A stretch of DNA of 64,000 nt from Candidatus Falkowbacteria bacterium (GTDB lineage Bacteria; Patescibacteriota; Patescibacteriia; Patescibacteriales; UBA12465). The notes under the pieces are model-generated. The model searched no databases, had not been told where the DNA came from, and saw only the letters and a list, made by a program, of their open reading frames with translations. Below, in pieces: positions 9,150 to 17,295 of the stretch. The DNA lies in contig CP066698.1 of assembly GCA_016432645.1 (NCBI GenBank), positions 773,062-837,061 of the forward strand, given 5' to 3'. Within the stretch, counting starts at the first letter, position 1; each line of letters starts with the position of its first letter. The translations under genes were made by a program, and so were the position numbers.

Positions 9150-9236
9150 CGGAGACGAGAGGATTTGAACCCCTGATACCATTACTGGTATACCGCATTT
9201 CGAGTGCGGCGCTTTCAACCACTCAGCCACGTCTCC
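9150..9236 (-). tRNA. tRNA-Ser(CGA)
   Basis: Reverse complement GGAGACG/CGTCTCC-G, CCGCA-CTCGAAA-TGCGG, long variable arm, GGTTCAAATCC. Confidence 0.95.
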
Positions 9237-9276
9237 AATTGGCCGGAATTTCCGGCCTTATTATCTAAAAACTAGT

Positions 9277-9591
9277 CTAAACAAATAGCAATATCCCTAA
9301 AAATATCAATAAAATAATAAACAAGCAAGCACCAGTTAAAAACAATAATTTTATCCCTTCTTTTTTATCGCCATCTAAATAAAGCATAACCGGACGCCCA
9401 AGTACTAACGAGCCGGTAGTTAGGGCTGACAAGATGAATATTAATAAAAACACTGCCGGACTGATAAATTCATTATCAACTTCGCCGAATATGTGGCTGG
9501 CATTGTTCATGAAAGTCCCAACCAGGAGAATGTACAGCGCAGTTCCTAAAGCATCAAGGGCTGCCCACTGATAAATTTTTTTGGTTTTCAT
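9277..9591 (-). CDS. Small membrane protein, hypothetical
   Basis: Three hydrophobic segments; co-oriented within the operon. Confidence 0.75.
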   Translation of the reverse strand: MKTKKIYQWAALDALGTALYILLVGTFMNNASHIFGEVDNEFISPAVFLLIFILSALTTGSLVLGRPVMLYLDGDKKEGIKLLFLTGACLFIILLIFLGILLFV

Positions 9592-9601
9592 ACTTTTATT
9601 A

Positions 9602-10324
9602 TTAATTTTTAATTTTAGTAATTTCTTGCGGGCTTAATTTTCGCCACTCGCCCTCCTTGATGCCCCCTAAGCCGATGCCAGCGAAGTTTGTTCTTTGTAA
9701 ATCAGCCACTTTAAATCCGAGCACGCTAAACATTCTTCTGAGTTGTCTTTTTTTACCTTCATTTAAGGTTATTACAAATAGATTATCTTGTAAATATTCG
9801 GTTTTTTTGGCTCGAGCAACACCATCGCCTTCCCCAATATCCATTCCTTTAATAAGCTCAGTACATATTTTTCGGCCTTCATTATTTTCCAGATTTTCTC
9901 CGCGGCGTGGGAATAGCCTAACGCTATAAGTTTTGTCTTTTTTTAATCTTGGATGGGATAGTTTTTGCGCGAGTTCGCCATCGTTGGTCAGTAAAATTAT
10001 ACCGCGGCTATCTTTATCCAGACGTCCGATAGAAAACATTCTTTCTTTCAAAGAAATTAATTGAAAAATATTTTGCTCCCCCGGAAAAGAACGGTTAGTA
10101 CAGGTGTATCCCATTGGCTTGTTTAATTTGATATAAATTTTTTCGGCTTTTTGGGGTAGTGGCTGACCGCGGAATGTGATTTTATCTTTTTCGGGGTCTA
10201 CTTTATCGCCTAAAATCGCTAGTTTGCCATTGATTTTAATCGAACCCATTCTAATCATTTTTTCTGCTTCGCGCCGAGAAGCTAAACCGCTTTCAGCAAT
10301 TGCTTTTTGTAAAACCATTATCAT
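9602..10324 (-). CDS. rRNA pseudouridine synthase, RsuA/RluB family
   Basis: S4 domain LQKAIAESGLASRREAE, LNKP.GY, GRLDKDSRG, EGKKRQLRRM. Confidence 0.93.
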   Translation of the reverse strand: MIMVLQKAIAESGLASRREAEKMIRMGSIKINGKLAILGDKVDPEKDKITFRGQPLPQKAEKIYIKLNKPMGYTCTNRSFPGEQNIFQLISLKERMFSIGRLDKDSRGIILLTNDGELAQKLSHPRLKKDKTYSVRLFPRRGENLENNEGRKICTELIKGMDIGEGDGVARAKKTEYLQDNLFVITLNEGKKRQLRRMFSVLGFKVADLQRTNFAGIGLGGIKEGEWRKLSPQEITKIKN

Positions 10325-11691
10325 ATTTTTTTAATTTTTGCCTCTATTGTAAGCGAACCTAACAGCGCCAAGAAGACAAAAAACATCGCCGACAGGTCAT
10401 TTTTAAAATAAGGAACATCCACTAAGCCATGAACAACAATTACCGCCATCGCTCCGAATAATCCCAAGATTAAATAATTCTTTTTCTGAAAAAACAAGTT
10501 TAAGGAGATAAATAAATATTTTCCGATCAACCAAGTGAAGGCGAGCGCTCCCAAAATTCCGAGCTCGCTCCAAAAATTAAGAAAAATATTATGCGGGTAC
10601 ATATAGATTTCTACCGGCTGCCAATATTTGGCGCGGAGTTCGGCGCTGGCTCGTAACTTGGCATCAAAATTTTCTATCTTGTCGCGGTTAAAAAAGATGC
10701 CTTCTTGATGATACGGAGCAACAGCTGTTTGATAAGCGCTCAAGCCATTGCCGGTTATAACTTTCCAGTCTTTAAGGCTCATCATTGTTTCTGTCCATTG
10801 GCGACGTCTAATTTCGCCTGATAAATCATGCAGTAATATTTTGTCGCTGGCGTAAGTTTTTAAAGTCGGAATTATAAAAATTGCGATGATAACTATCGCT
10901 GCTAAACCAATGGAGGCGATTCGTGTTTTGCGATTAGCAAAAAATAAACACAAGAAAGCGCCAGCCAAAATGCCGATAATCGCGCCCTCGGATTTGGCAA
11001 AGTAAATTGTTAAGAGGGAGATTAAGATTACTAACCCAATTATTAATTTACTAATCGTTTCTTTAGATTCCCAGCCTTTAATACTTAACAGCCAGCCGCT
11101 AAAAATTAAAACTAGCGGAGCGAGATATAAGCCTACGGCATTGGGGTATCCGAAGAAAGACACAACACGACGGGTGCTAGCGTCCGCCCAAAAAGGATTA
11201 AAAATGAAAAACCCAGTTGCTTGTTGAAATAGACCCCAGAGGGAAACCGCCGCCGCTCCTAAAAGTAAAGCTAATAATATTTTCTGTCGCCCTTTATCAC
11301 CCGGTAAAACATTCATCACTAAAATAAATAGCAAAATCGGTTCAAAAAAATAGGCTTTCCAAATACCGAGAGCGCTGGCATTGAATCCGGCAACTGCTAT
11401 GGCTACGAAAGAAATGATAATGATGGCGATTATTTCCCAACCAAAAGGATAGGGCGTCCGTTCTTGGCGGTTTTTAAGCCAAGTTTTTAGATTCGGTGCC
11501 ACATTTTTCAAAAACCAGACCGCAAAACTAATTAAAATCATCGCTTCCAGAAAGGTTAGGGGGACTCCAAGAACATTAAAGCGCAGAAGATAGGCGGGCA
11601 AGAGAGCAGTAATTAAAAAGACGGCTAAATCTAAGCGCAGAATAGCGATTGTGAGAAAAAAAAATAAGCTGGCAATTAATAAGCTGTCCAT
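10321..11691 (-). CDS. O-antigen ligase (Wzy_C) family membrane protein
   Basis: Multi-TM; R..SFFGYPN, PHNIFL.FW.ELGILG, HGLVDVPYFKND. Confidence 0.85.
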   Translation of the reverse strand: MDSLLIASLFFFLTIAILRLDLAVFLITALLPAYLLRFNVLGVPLTFLEAMILISFAVWFLKNVAPNLKTWLKNRQERTPYPFGWEIIAIIIISFVAIAVAGFNASALGIWKAYFFEPILLFILVMNVLPGDKGRQKILLALLLGAAAVSLWGLFQQATGFFIFNPFWADASTRRVVSFFGYPNAVGLYLAPLVLIFSGWLLSIKGWESKETISKLIIGLVILISLLTIYFAKSEGAIIGILAGAFLCLFFANRKTRIASIGLAAIVIIAIFIIPTLKTYASDKILLHDLSGEIRRRQWTETMMSLKDWKVITGNGLSAYQTAVAPYHQEGIFFNRDKIENFDAKLRASAELRAKYWQPVEIYMYPHNIFLNFWSELGILGALAFTWLIGKYLFISLNLFFQKKNYLILGLFGAMAVIVVHGLVDVPYFKNDLSAMFFVFLALLGSLTIEAKIKKI

Positions 11692-11790
11692 AGATTAATT
11701 ATAGCACTAATCAAAGGTAAAAATGATATTGACGACTCATATTTAAAATGGTTAAATTGATAAGGCCGTTCTTTCTTAAACTAATTTCAA

Positions 11791-12099
11791 GTGAATAAAA
11801 ACAACAATTCTCGGTTAACTCTGGGGGCGCATGTTCGCCGGACCAGAGCCAGGATCAATAGGTTGGAAAAAGCCATCGGTCCGATAGCTACCGCTTTACT
11901 CGTGGTGGGCGTGGTAACAATTTTCAATGGCTACATAATTGTTGCCATCAGTGTATTTTCTATCTGCTTATTGTTATGCCTCTTAAAAATTAATTTTTTA
12001 CGTAAGCGGCGGCAGAGCAGTTTTGTCTGGGCTTTTAATTTAGTAATTACCATTTTTTTCTTGGCAATTACTTTTATTGATTGGAAATTAAAAATCTAG
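11791..12099 (+). CDS. Small membrane protein, hypothetical
   Basis: GTG start, three TM segments, own promoter-like TTGACG at 11729 and a terminator. Confidence 0.6.
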   Translation: MNKNNNSRLTLGAHVRRTRARINRLEKAIGPIATALLVVGVVTIFNGYIIVAISVFSICLLLCLLKINFLRKRRQSSFVWAFNLVITIFFLAITFIDWKLKI

Positions 12100-12117
12100 A
12101 TTCGTTGCAGTTCTTTT

Positions 12118-12150
12118 AAAAACCGCCCCCTTTACAGGAGGCGGTTTTTT
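12118..12150. terminator. Bidirectional intrinsic terminator
   Basis: AAAAACCGCC...GGCGGTTTTT between convergent genes. Confidence 0.75.
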
Positions 12151-12161
12151 ATTGCAAGAAT

Positions 12162-12722
12162 TTAATTTACTCTTTCAACATATTCGCCGGTATCCGTATT
12201 TAGTCTAATCATGTCGCCTTCTTCAATAAACATCGGCACGTTGATTAAGGCCCCGGTCTCAATTTCTACCTGCTTATTAACATTGCCGGCAGAGTTGCCT
12301 TTAACTCCCGGAGGCGCGCTGACAACCTTAAATTCCATTTTAATCGGCAAGCTGATAGTTACCGGCTTGTCTTCAAAATATAAAACATCCACATCGGTTC
12401 CGTCTTTTAAGAATTTAGCTGGTTCGCCGATTTCCTCAACAGGTAAATCAAACTGTTCATAGCTTTCATTGTCCATGAAATAGGCCTGGTCTTTATCCTT
12501 ATACATGAAATTGGCTTTTTTGGTCTTGGTTTCAGCCTCCTCCGCTTTTTCCGCGCCCTGGTAAGTTCTTTCCAAAACATTGCCATTTATTAAGTTGCGG
12601 CATTTAATCTTCAAAACAGCCCCACCTCGTCCCATTTTGTGATGGTCTGTTTTAATAATAACGTAGGGCTCGCTGTTCACTTTGATGACCTTGCCGGTTT
12701 TTATTTCATTAAAATTTAGCAT
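12162..12722 (-). CDS. efp: Elongation factor P
   Basis: KMGRGGA loop (Arg at the tip), FMD.ESYEQ, PGVKGNSA, VPMFIEEG, TGEYVER. Confidence 0.97.
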   Translation of the reverse strand: MLNFNEIKTGKVIKVNSEPYVIIKTDHHKMGRGGAVLKIKCRNLINGNVLERTYQGAEKAEEAETKTKKANFMYKDKDQAYFMDNESYEQFDLPVEEIGEPAKFLKDGTDVDVLYFEDKPVTISLPIKMEFKVVSAPPGVKGNSAGNVNKQVEIETGALINVPMFIEEGDMIRLNTDTGEYVERVN

Positions 12723-12742
12723 AGGTTTTTGAGTTTTTAATT

Positions 12743-12955
12743 TTATTTATGAGTAGCGGATAAAAGAGCCATGACGCGGGAGCGTTTAATAGCGGTGGCT
12801 AATTTTCTTTGGTGCCAAGCGCAAACGCCGGTTCTTTTGCCAGGTAAAATTTTCATGTAGAAATTGATAAAGCGGCGCAAAGTCCGAGTATCTTTATAAT
12901 CAACTTCTAAGTTATTAACGCAAAAATAGCATTCTTTAGTTTTTTGTTTGTTCAT
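12743..12955 (-). CDS. rpsR: 30S ribosomal protein S18
   Basis: CYFC, VDYKD...LRRF, KILP..RTG.CA.HQR.L..AIKRSR. Confidence 0.96.
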   Translation of the reverse strand: MNKQKTKECYFCVNNLEVDYKDTRTLRRFINFYMKILPGKRTGVCAWHQRKLATAIKRSRVMALLSATHK

Positions 12956-12964
12956 ATTTATTTA

Positions 12965-13405
12965 TTAAAAAGGAATATTTTCAACGCGAATTTCTTCTTC
13001 CATTGGATCTTCAGGGATCTCAATGATTTCTTCGCGTGCCCCGCCGCTGGCTGGAGCGCCGAAATTAGCACTGCCGCCTTTGGAGTCTAGCATAATCATA
13101 TTTTCGGCGACGATTTCGGTGCGATAGCGCTTAACGCCATCATTACCGGTCCAGTCGGTTGTTTGCAAACGGCCTTCGACGTAAACCTTGGAGCCTTTCT
13201 TTAAATATTTGGCACAGACTTCAGCTAATTTTCTCCAAGCAATTATATTGTGAAATTCCGTTTTCTTTTGTTGTTGGCCGCTTTGATCGGTCCAGACTAA
13301 ATTAGTCGCTACGCCAAAAGAAACAACGCTTTGTCCAGAGGGGGTATTTTTTAATTCCGGATCACGGGTCACATTGCCGATGATCATGGCTTTGTTTAAA
13401 TTCAT
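12965..13405 (-). CDS. ssb: Single-stranded DNA-binding protein
   Basis: NKAMIIGN.TRDPE, KGSKVYVEGRLQT, acidic tail ending IPF. Confidence 0.97.
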   Translation of the reverse strand: MNLNKAMIIGNVTRDPELKNTPSGQSVVSFGVATNLVWTDQSGQQQKKTEFHNIIAWRKLAEVCAKYLKKGSKVYVEGRLQTTDWTGNDGVKRYRTEIVAENMIMLDSKGGSANFGAPASGGAREEIIEIPEDPMEEEIRVENIPF

Positions 13406-13459
13406 ATTTTTGGACAAATTTTAGATTCAGTCGCTATTTACGACAGAAAATAAAATTAT

Positions 13460-13984
13460 TTAAATTAAATCTTTAGCACTTAAAATGCCTTCCAATTTTT
13501 CGTCCAAATCTTTCATGTCGGTTGGTCTTTCTTTTTTGATAGTCGCCTTCTTCGGAGCTTCGCCCGCTTCAGTTGATTTTTTAGACTTATCTTTAGCCTC
13601 TTTTTCTTCAACCGCCTTTTTAGCTTCTATTTTGGCGTTGATTTTTTTGTCTTTAGCTAAGGCCGCTTCACTCTTGGCATTTTTGATTATGATTTGGTGG
13701 CGTAAGACATCGGTTGACAATCTTAAATTTTGATCAATGGCTGCCAGAGCGCTTTTTTCTAAATCAAATTCGCATAGGCTGTAATAACCGTAGGCGTTGT
13801 GTTTGATTTCGTAAGCCAATTTTTTCTTTCCCCAGTATTCGCGGTAGCTGATTTGGCCGCCGTTATCGGTGATAACTTTTTCCACGTTACCGATAATGGT
13901 TTTAGCTTCATCTTCGGTAAACTTATTCGGCATAATGAATAAAATTTCATAATGTCCGATAGTCGATTTTTTTGTCTTTGACAT
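13460..13984 (-). CDS. rpsF: 30S ribosomal protein S6 with a charged C-terminal extension
   Basis: YEILFI, WGKKKLAYEI, GYY, VLRH; first gene of rpsF-ssb-rpsR. Confidence 0.95.
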   Translation of the reverse strand: MSKTKKSTIGHYEILFIMPNKFTEDEAKTIIGNVEKVITDNGGQISYREYWGKKKLAYEIKHNAYGYYSLCEFDLEKSALAAIDQNLRLSTDVLRHQIIIKNAKSEAALAKDKKINAKIEAKKAVEEKEAKDKSKKSTEAGEAPKKATIKKERPTDMKDLDEKLEGILSAKDLI

Positions 13985-14262
13985 AGTTATTATAATCCTT
14001 AGGGGATAAAGCCCGTTTAAATTAAAGTTAAAAAGCCTCTAAACCCCATTTTTAAATAAAATCCCCAAGTATTCCAAGAACCTTTGGGGCTTAGAATACC
14101 TTTAATTCTGCGCTAGTATTGGCAGAATTATTTTAGCAACAAGGCTAAAACATGGGAAAGATATCATTATTATTTATTTGTAAATTGACTTTAACACGGA
14201 TTTTTAGATAAATCAAGGGGCGGCGTTTGCCAGCAAGCGTGGATTAGGATATGATAATTTAT

Positions 14263-15456
14263 ATGAAATATTTCTTTATTCTCGGAACAAATACCGCCTT
14301 GTCACTGGCCGAACTATCGGCGGTAATTAATATTAGTGACGCCCAGCTTATTGGCGGTGATTTTTTAGTAGTAAATAGTCAGGTAGAGCTTAATCCGGAA
14401 AATTTAATTAAAGAATTGGGCGGGATTATTAAAATTGGAATCATCCGACAAGAAATTAGACTAGGTTCCGAAAAAGGAGCATTGTTAAACGCAGTTTTAG
14501 AATTAGCAAGCGCCAAGAAAAAGGCGAGCAAAGATGGTAAGTTTAATTTTGGCTTTTCCGATTATGGTCCGCGCAGTTTTGATAAAAAAGATTTGGGAGC
14601 CAAATTAAAAAAGCATTTTAGTGAGCAAGAAATTTCTTCCCGCTTTGTCGTCAGTCGTGAGAAAACTTTATCAAGTGTCGTAATTACCCAAAACAAATTA
14701 TTAACTCGGGGAATTGAAATTGTTTTGTCAGAGTTAGAGGGAACTATTTATATCGGCGAAACTTTAGCGGTGCAATTTTTTAAAGACTTGAGCTTGCGTG
14801 ACTATGGCCGACCAGCGCGCGATGATTTGTCCGGGATGTTGCCGCCGAAGTTGGCGCAAATTATGATTAATTTAGCACAAGTTAGCAATGAAGAAGAGTT
14901 AATCGTTGATCCATTTTGCGGTTCAGGAACAATTTTAAGTGAAGCGATGCTCATGGGCTATAAAAATATCTTGGGTTCAGACTTGTCTTTAAAAGCGGTA
15001 GATGATACTAAGAAAAATATTAGCTGGGTTAAAGAAATATATAAGTTGAAAGATATTAAAATGAAATTTGCGGTTAAGAATGTTTTGGGTTTGTCACAGT
15101 TTGTTAAAACTGAGAGTGCGGCGGCCGTTATTACCGAGCCTTATCTTGGCCCGCAAAGAGGTCGGATTGAATTTGAAGAGATTATTAGTGAATTAGAGAC
15201 TTTGTATTCCGGAGCAATAAGAGAATTTAATAAGGTTTTAGTTCCTGGAGGTCGGGTAGTAATGATTTGGCCGGTATTTTATGGGAATAAGCCGATTAGT
15301 CCAAATATTTCCGGATTCAGTATATTAAATTTTATTCCTGAAAGATTTCGTAGCAATCCTTTAGTTAAGAACACGACTACTAACCGCGGTACAATTATTT
15401 ATGGACGCGCGGGACAGAAAGTTTTCCGGGAAATTGTGGTTTTGGAGAAAGAATAA
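14263..15456 (+). CDS. THUMP-like/Trm11 (TrmG10)-type RNA methyltransferase
   Basis: GMLPPKLAQIMINL, DPFCGSGT, TEPYLGP. Confidence 0.8.
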   Translation: MKYFFILGTNTALSLAELSAVINISDAQLIGGDFLVVNSQVELNPENLIKELGGIIKIGIIRQEIRLGSEKGALLNAVLELASAKKKASKDGKFNFGFSDYGPRSFDKKDLGAKLKKHFSEQEISSRFVVSREKTLSSVVITQNKLLTRGIEIVLSELEGTIYIGETLAVQFFKDLSLRDYGRPARDDLSGMLPPKLAQIMINLAQVSNEEELIVDPFCGSGTILSEAMLMGYKNILGSDLSLKAVDDTKKNISWVKEIYKLKDIKMKFAVKNVLGLSQFVKTESAAAVITEPYLGPQRGRIEFEEIISELETLYSGAIREFNKVLVPGGRVVMIWPVFYGNKPISPNISGFSILNFIPERFRSNPLVKNTTTNRGTIIYGRAGQKVFREIVVLEKE

Positions 15457-15515
15457 ATTAAATTTTGCTAATAAAAAATCACCTCAAGAAAAAGGTGGTT
15501 TTTGTTTTGTAACTT

Positions 15516-16580
15516 CTATTTATTAATCAAAAAATTACAGACATCGCCGTCTTGGACAACATAGTCTTTACCTTCAATGCGCATCAAGCCTGCTTCTTTA
15601 GCTTTGGCATCAGAACCACATTCAATAAACTTTTCCCAATTGATAACTTCAGCCCGAACAAAGCCTTTAATAAAGTCGGTATGGATTTCGCCGGCCGCTT
15701 GCGGAGCTTTAGAGCCGTGCTTAATCGTCCAGGCCCGAGTTTCATCCGGCCCGGTGGTGAAAAAAGTATCAAGACCTAATAATTTATAAGCACTTTGGAT
15801 TAATCTGTCTAAGCCGCTTTGGGAGAGTCCTAGTTCTTTTATGTATTCGGCTTGTTCCTCTTCGGGTAAATTAACGATTTCTTCTTCCAACTTAACATTG
15901 ATGCGGATTATTTCTTCGCTTGTTCCTTCGAGAACATTGTCTGTCGTCGCCTCGTCAATATTTAATAAGTATAGAATTGGCTTAATGGTTAAGAGATTAA
16001 GGCTTTTAACAAAAGGAAGCTCCTCTTCTTCAAAAGACATTTCCCGGACTGCTCGTCCGGCGCTTAAATGGGGATATATTTTTTCTAAAATTACTAAATT
16101 AGCCTTAAGTTCTTTATCGCCGCTCTTGGCGTCGCGTCTTAAACGGTCCAACCTTTTCTCCACGGTCGCTAAATCAGCAAAAATTAGCTCCATGTTAATA
16201 GTCTCTTTATCGCCAGACGGATCAATTTTGCCGTTAACATGGATAATGTTACTATCTTTAAAATCCCTAATAACTTCGCAAATAGCATCGCACTCTCTAA
16301 TATGAGCTAGAAATTGGTTTCCTAAGCCTTCGCCTTTACTTGCTCCGGCGACTAAGCCCGCAATGTCAACGAATTCGATAGTTGTGGTGATGATTTTTTT
16401 AGGTTTGGAGACTTCGGCCAGCTTTTCTAGGCGGATGTCAGGAACTTTAACGACACCAACATTCGGATCAATAGTGCAAAAAGGATAATTAGCCGCTTCC
16501 ACGCCCTTTTTGGTTAATAGGTTGAATAAAGTTGATTTGCCGACGTTTGGGAGACCGACGATTCCAATAGATAATGACAT
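15516..16580 (-). CDS. ychF: Ribosome-binding ATPase YchF
   Basis: GIVGLPNVGKST, ANYPFCTIDPN, DIAGLV.GASKGEGLGNQFL, EGKDYVVQDGD. Confidence 0.97.
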   Translation of the reverse strand: MSLSIGIVGLPNVGKSTLFNLLTKKGVEAANYPFCTIDPNVGVVKVPDIRLEKLAEVSKPKKIITTTIEFVDIAGLVAGASKGEGLGNQFLAHIRECDAICEVIRDFKDSNIIHVNGKIDPSGDKETINMELIFADLATVEKRLDRLRRDAKSGDKELKANLVILEKIYPHLSAGRAVREMSFEEEELPFVKSLNLLTIKPILYLLNIDEATTDNVLEGTSEEIIRINVKLEEEIVNLPEEEQAEYIKELGLSQSGLDRLIQSAYKLLGLDTFFTTGPDETRAWTIKHGSKAPQAAGEIHTDFIKGFVRAEVINWEKFIECGSDAKAKEAGLMRIEGKDYVVQDGDVCNFLINK

Positions 16581-16624
16581 AGTTTTTTGTTTATGTTTCC
16601 AATATACAGGGTTTCCATGAAAAT

Positions 16625-16652
16625 AAAAAGAGGCCCAGATGGGCCGCTTTTT
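16625..16652. terminator. Intrinsic terminator-like hairpin upstream of ychF
   Basis: AAAAAG-AGGCCC-AGAT-GGGCC-GCTTTTT. Confidence 0.7.
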
Positions 16653-16973
16653 ATTATATAATAAAAGTTAATAAATACTAGGCCGTATCTGAGCCTCATA
16701 CCTGATAATCACAGATTCTTTCTGTATTATTAGGCATTGAAGCTACTTACTGACTTAAGAGCATATCTTGTACCAACTCCTAGCAAATGAAAACATATTG
16801 TTTTAATTATTTGTGCTAATTTTCAATGAGATTTAGTAAAAATTTCTTTTTGACTTTTATTAAATCTTATTTCTTTTTGATTAGCTCGCTAGTTTTTTTG
16901 CTTTCTTTTTCTCTACCACGTCAGTATTGGTAGAAAACCGTTATATCTGGAGTTAGTTAAAGAACCTACTATA

Positions 16974-17002
16974 ATCATAGCACTTTGTTTATAAGGGGTC
17001 AA
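16974..17002 (-). promoter_or_regulatory. Sigma70-type promoter with extended -10
   Basis: TTGACC-17 nt-TATGAT preceded by TG; boxA-like GTTCTTTAAC follows at 16965-16956. Confidence 0.65.
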
Positions 17003-17109
17003 GTATTGTGGACTAAAGTCAGTAAATTAAATATATTTAGCTAATTTTAAATAAATTATTAAAAATTTAAGACTTTAAGTCCAAACTATCGTGGACTAAA
17101 AATTGTAGT

Positions 17110-17138
17110 TTATACACAAAAAACACAGGTTATCCACA
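17110..17138 (+). promoter_or_regulatory. Two DnaA-box consensus 9-mers
   Basis: TTATACACA (17110-17118) and TTATCCACA (17130-17138) next to an AT-rich tract. Confidence 0.55.
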
Positions 17139-17199
17139 GGTTAATAAGAGTTCTTAGGGGATAAAAAGAAAACCCCCAGTAAATGGAGGTTTTACTATG

Positions 17200-17273
17200 A
17201 GGCTTGAGTGGGAGTCGAACCCACGAATGGCAGTTTTGCAAACTGCAGCGTTAGACCACTTCGCCATCAAGCC
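17200..17273 (-). tRNA. tRNA-Cys(GCA)
   Basis: Reverse complement GGCTTGA/TCAAGCC-T (U73), GCAGT-TTGCAAA-ACTGC, GGTTCGACTCC. Confidence 0.95.
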
Positions 17274-17295
17274 ATTAATTGGATTTTAGCCTATC

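Noticed and set aside
16514..16699. 61-aa minus-strand ORF in the ORF track
   Set aside because: Runs through a terminator hairpin and overlaps the ychF start out of frame; no recognisable features
16600..17170. tmRNA, RNase P RNA, SRP RNA or 6S RNA in the largest intergenic gap
   Set aside because: No tRNA-like GGGG...CCA ends, no GAGGAAAGTCC, no SRP loop motif; too AT-rich and weakly paired
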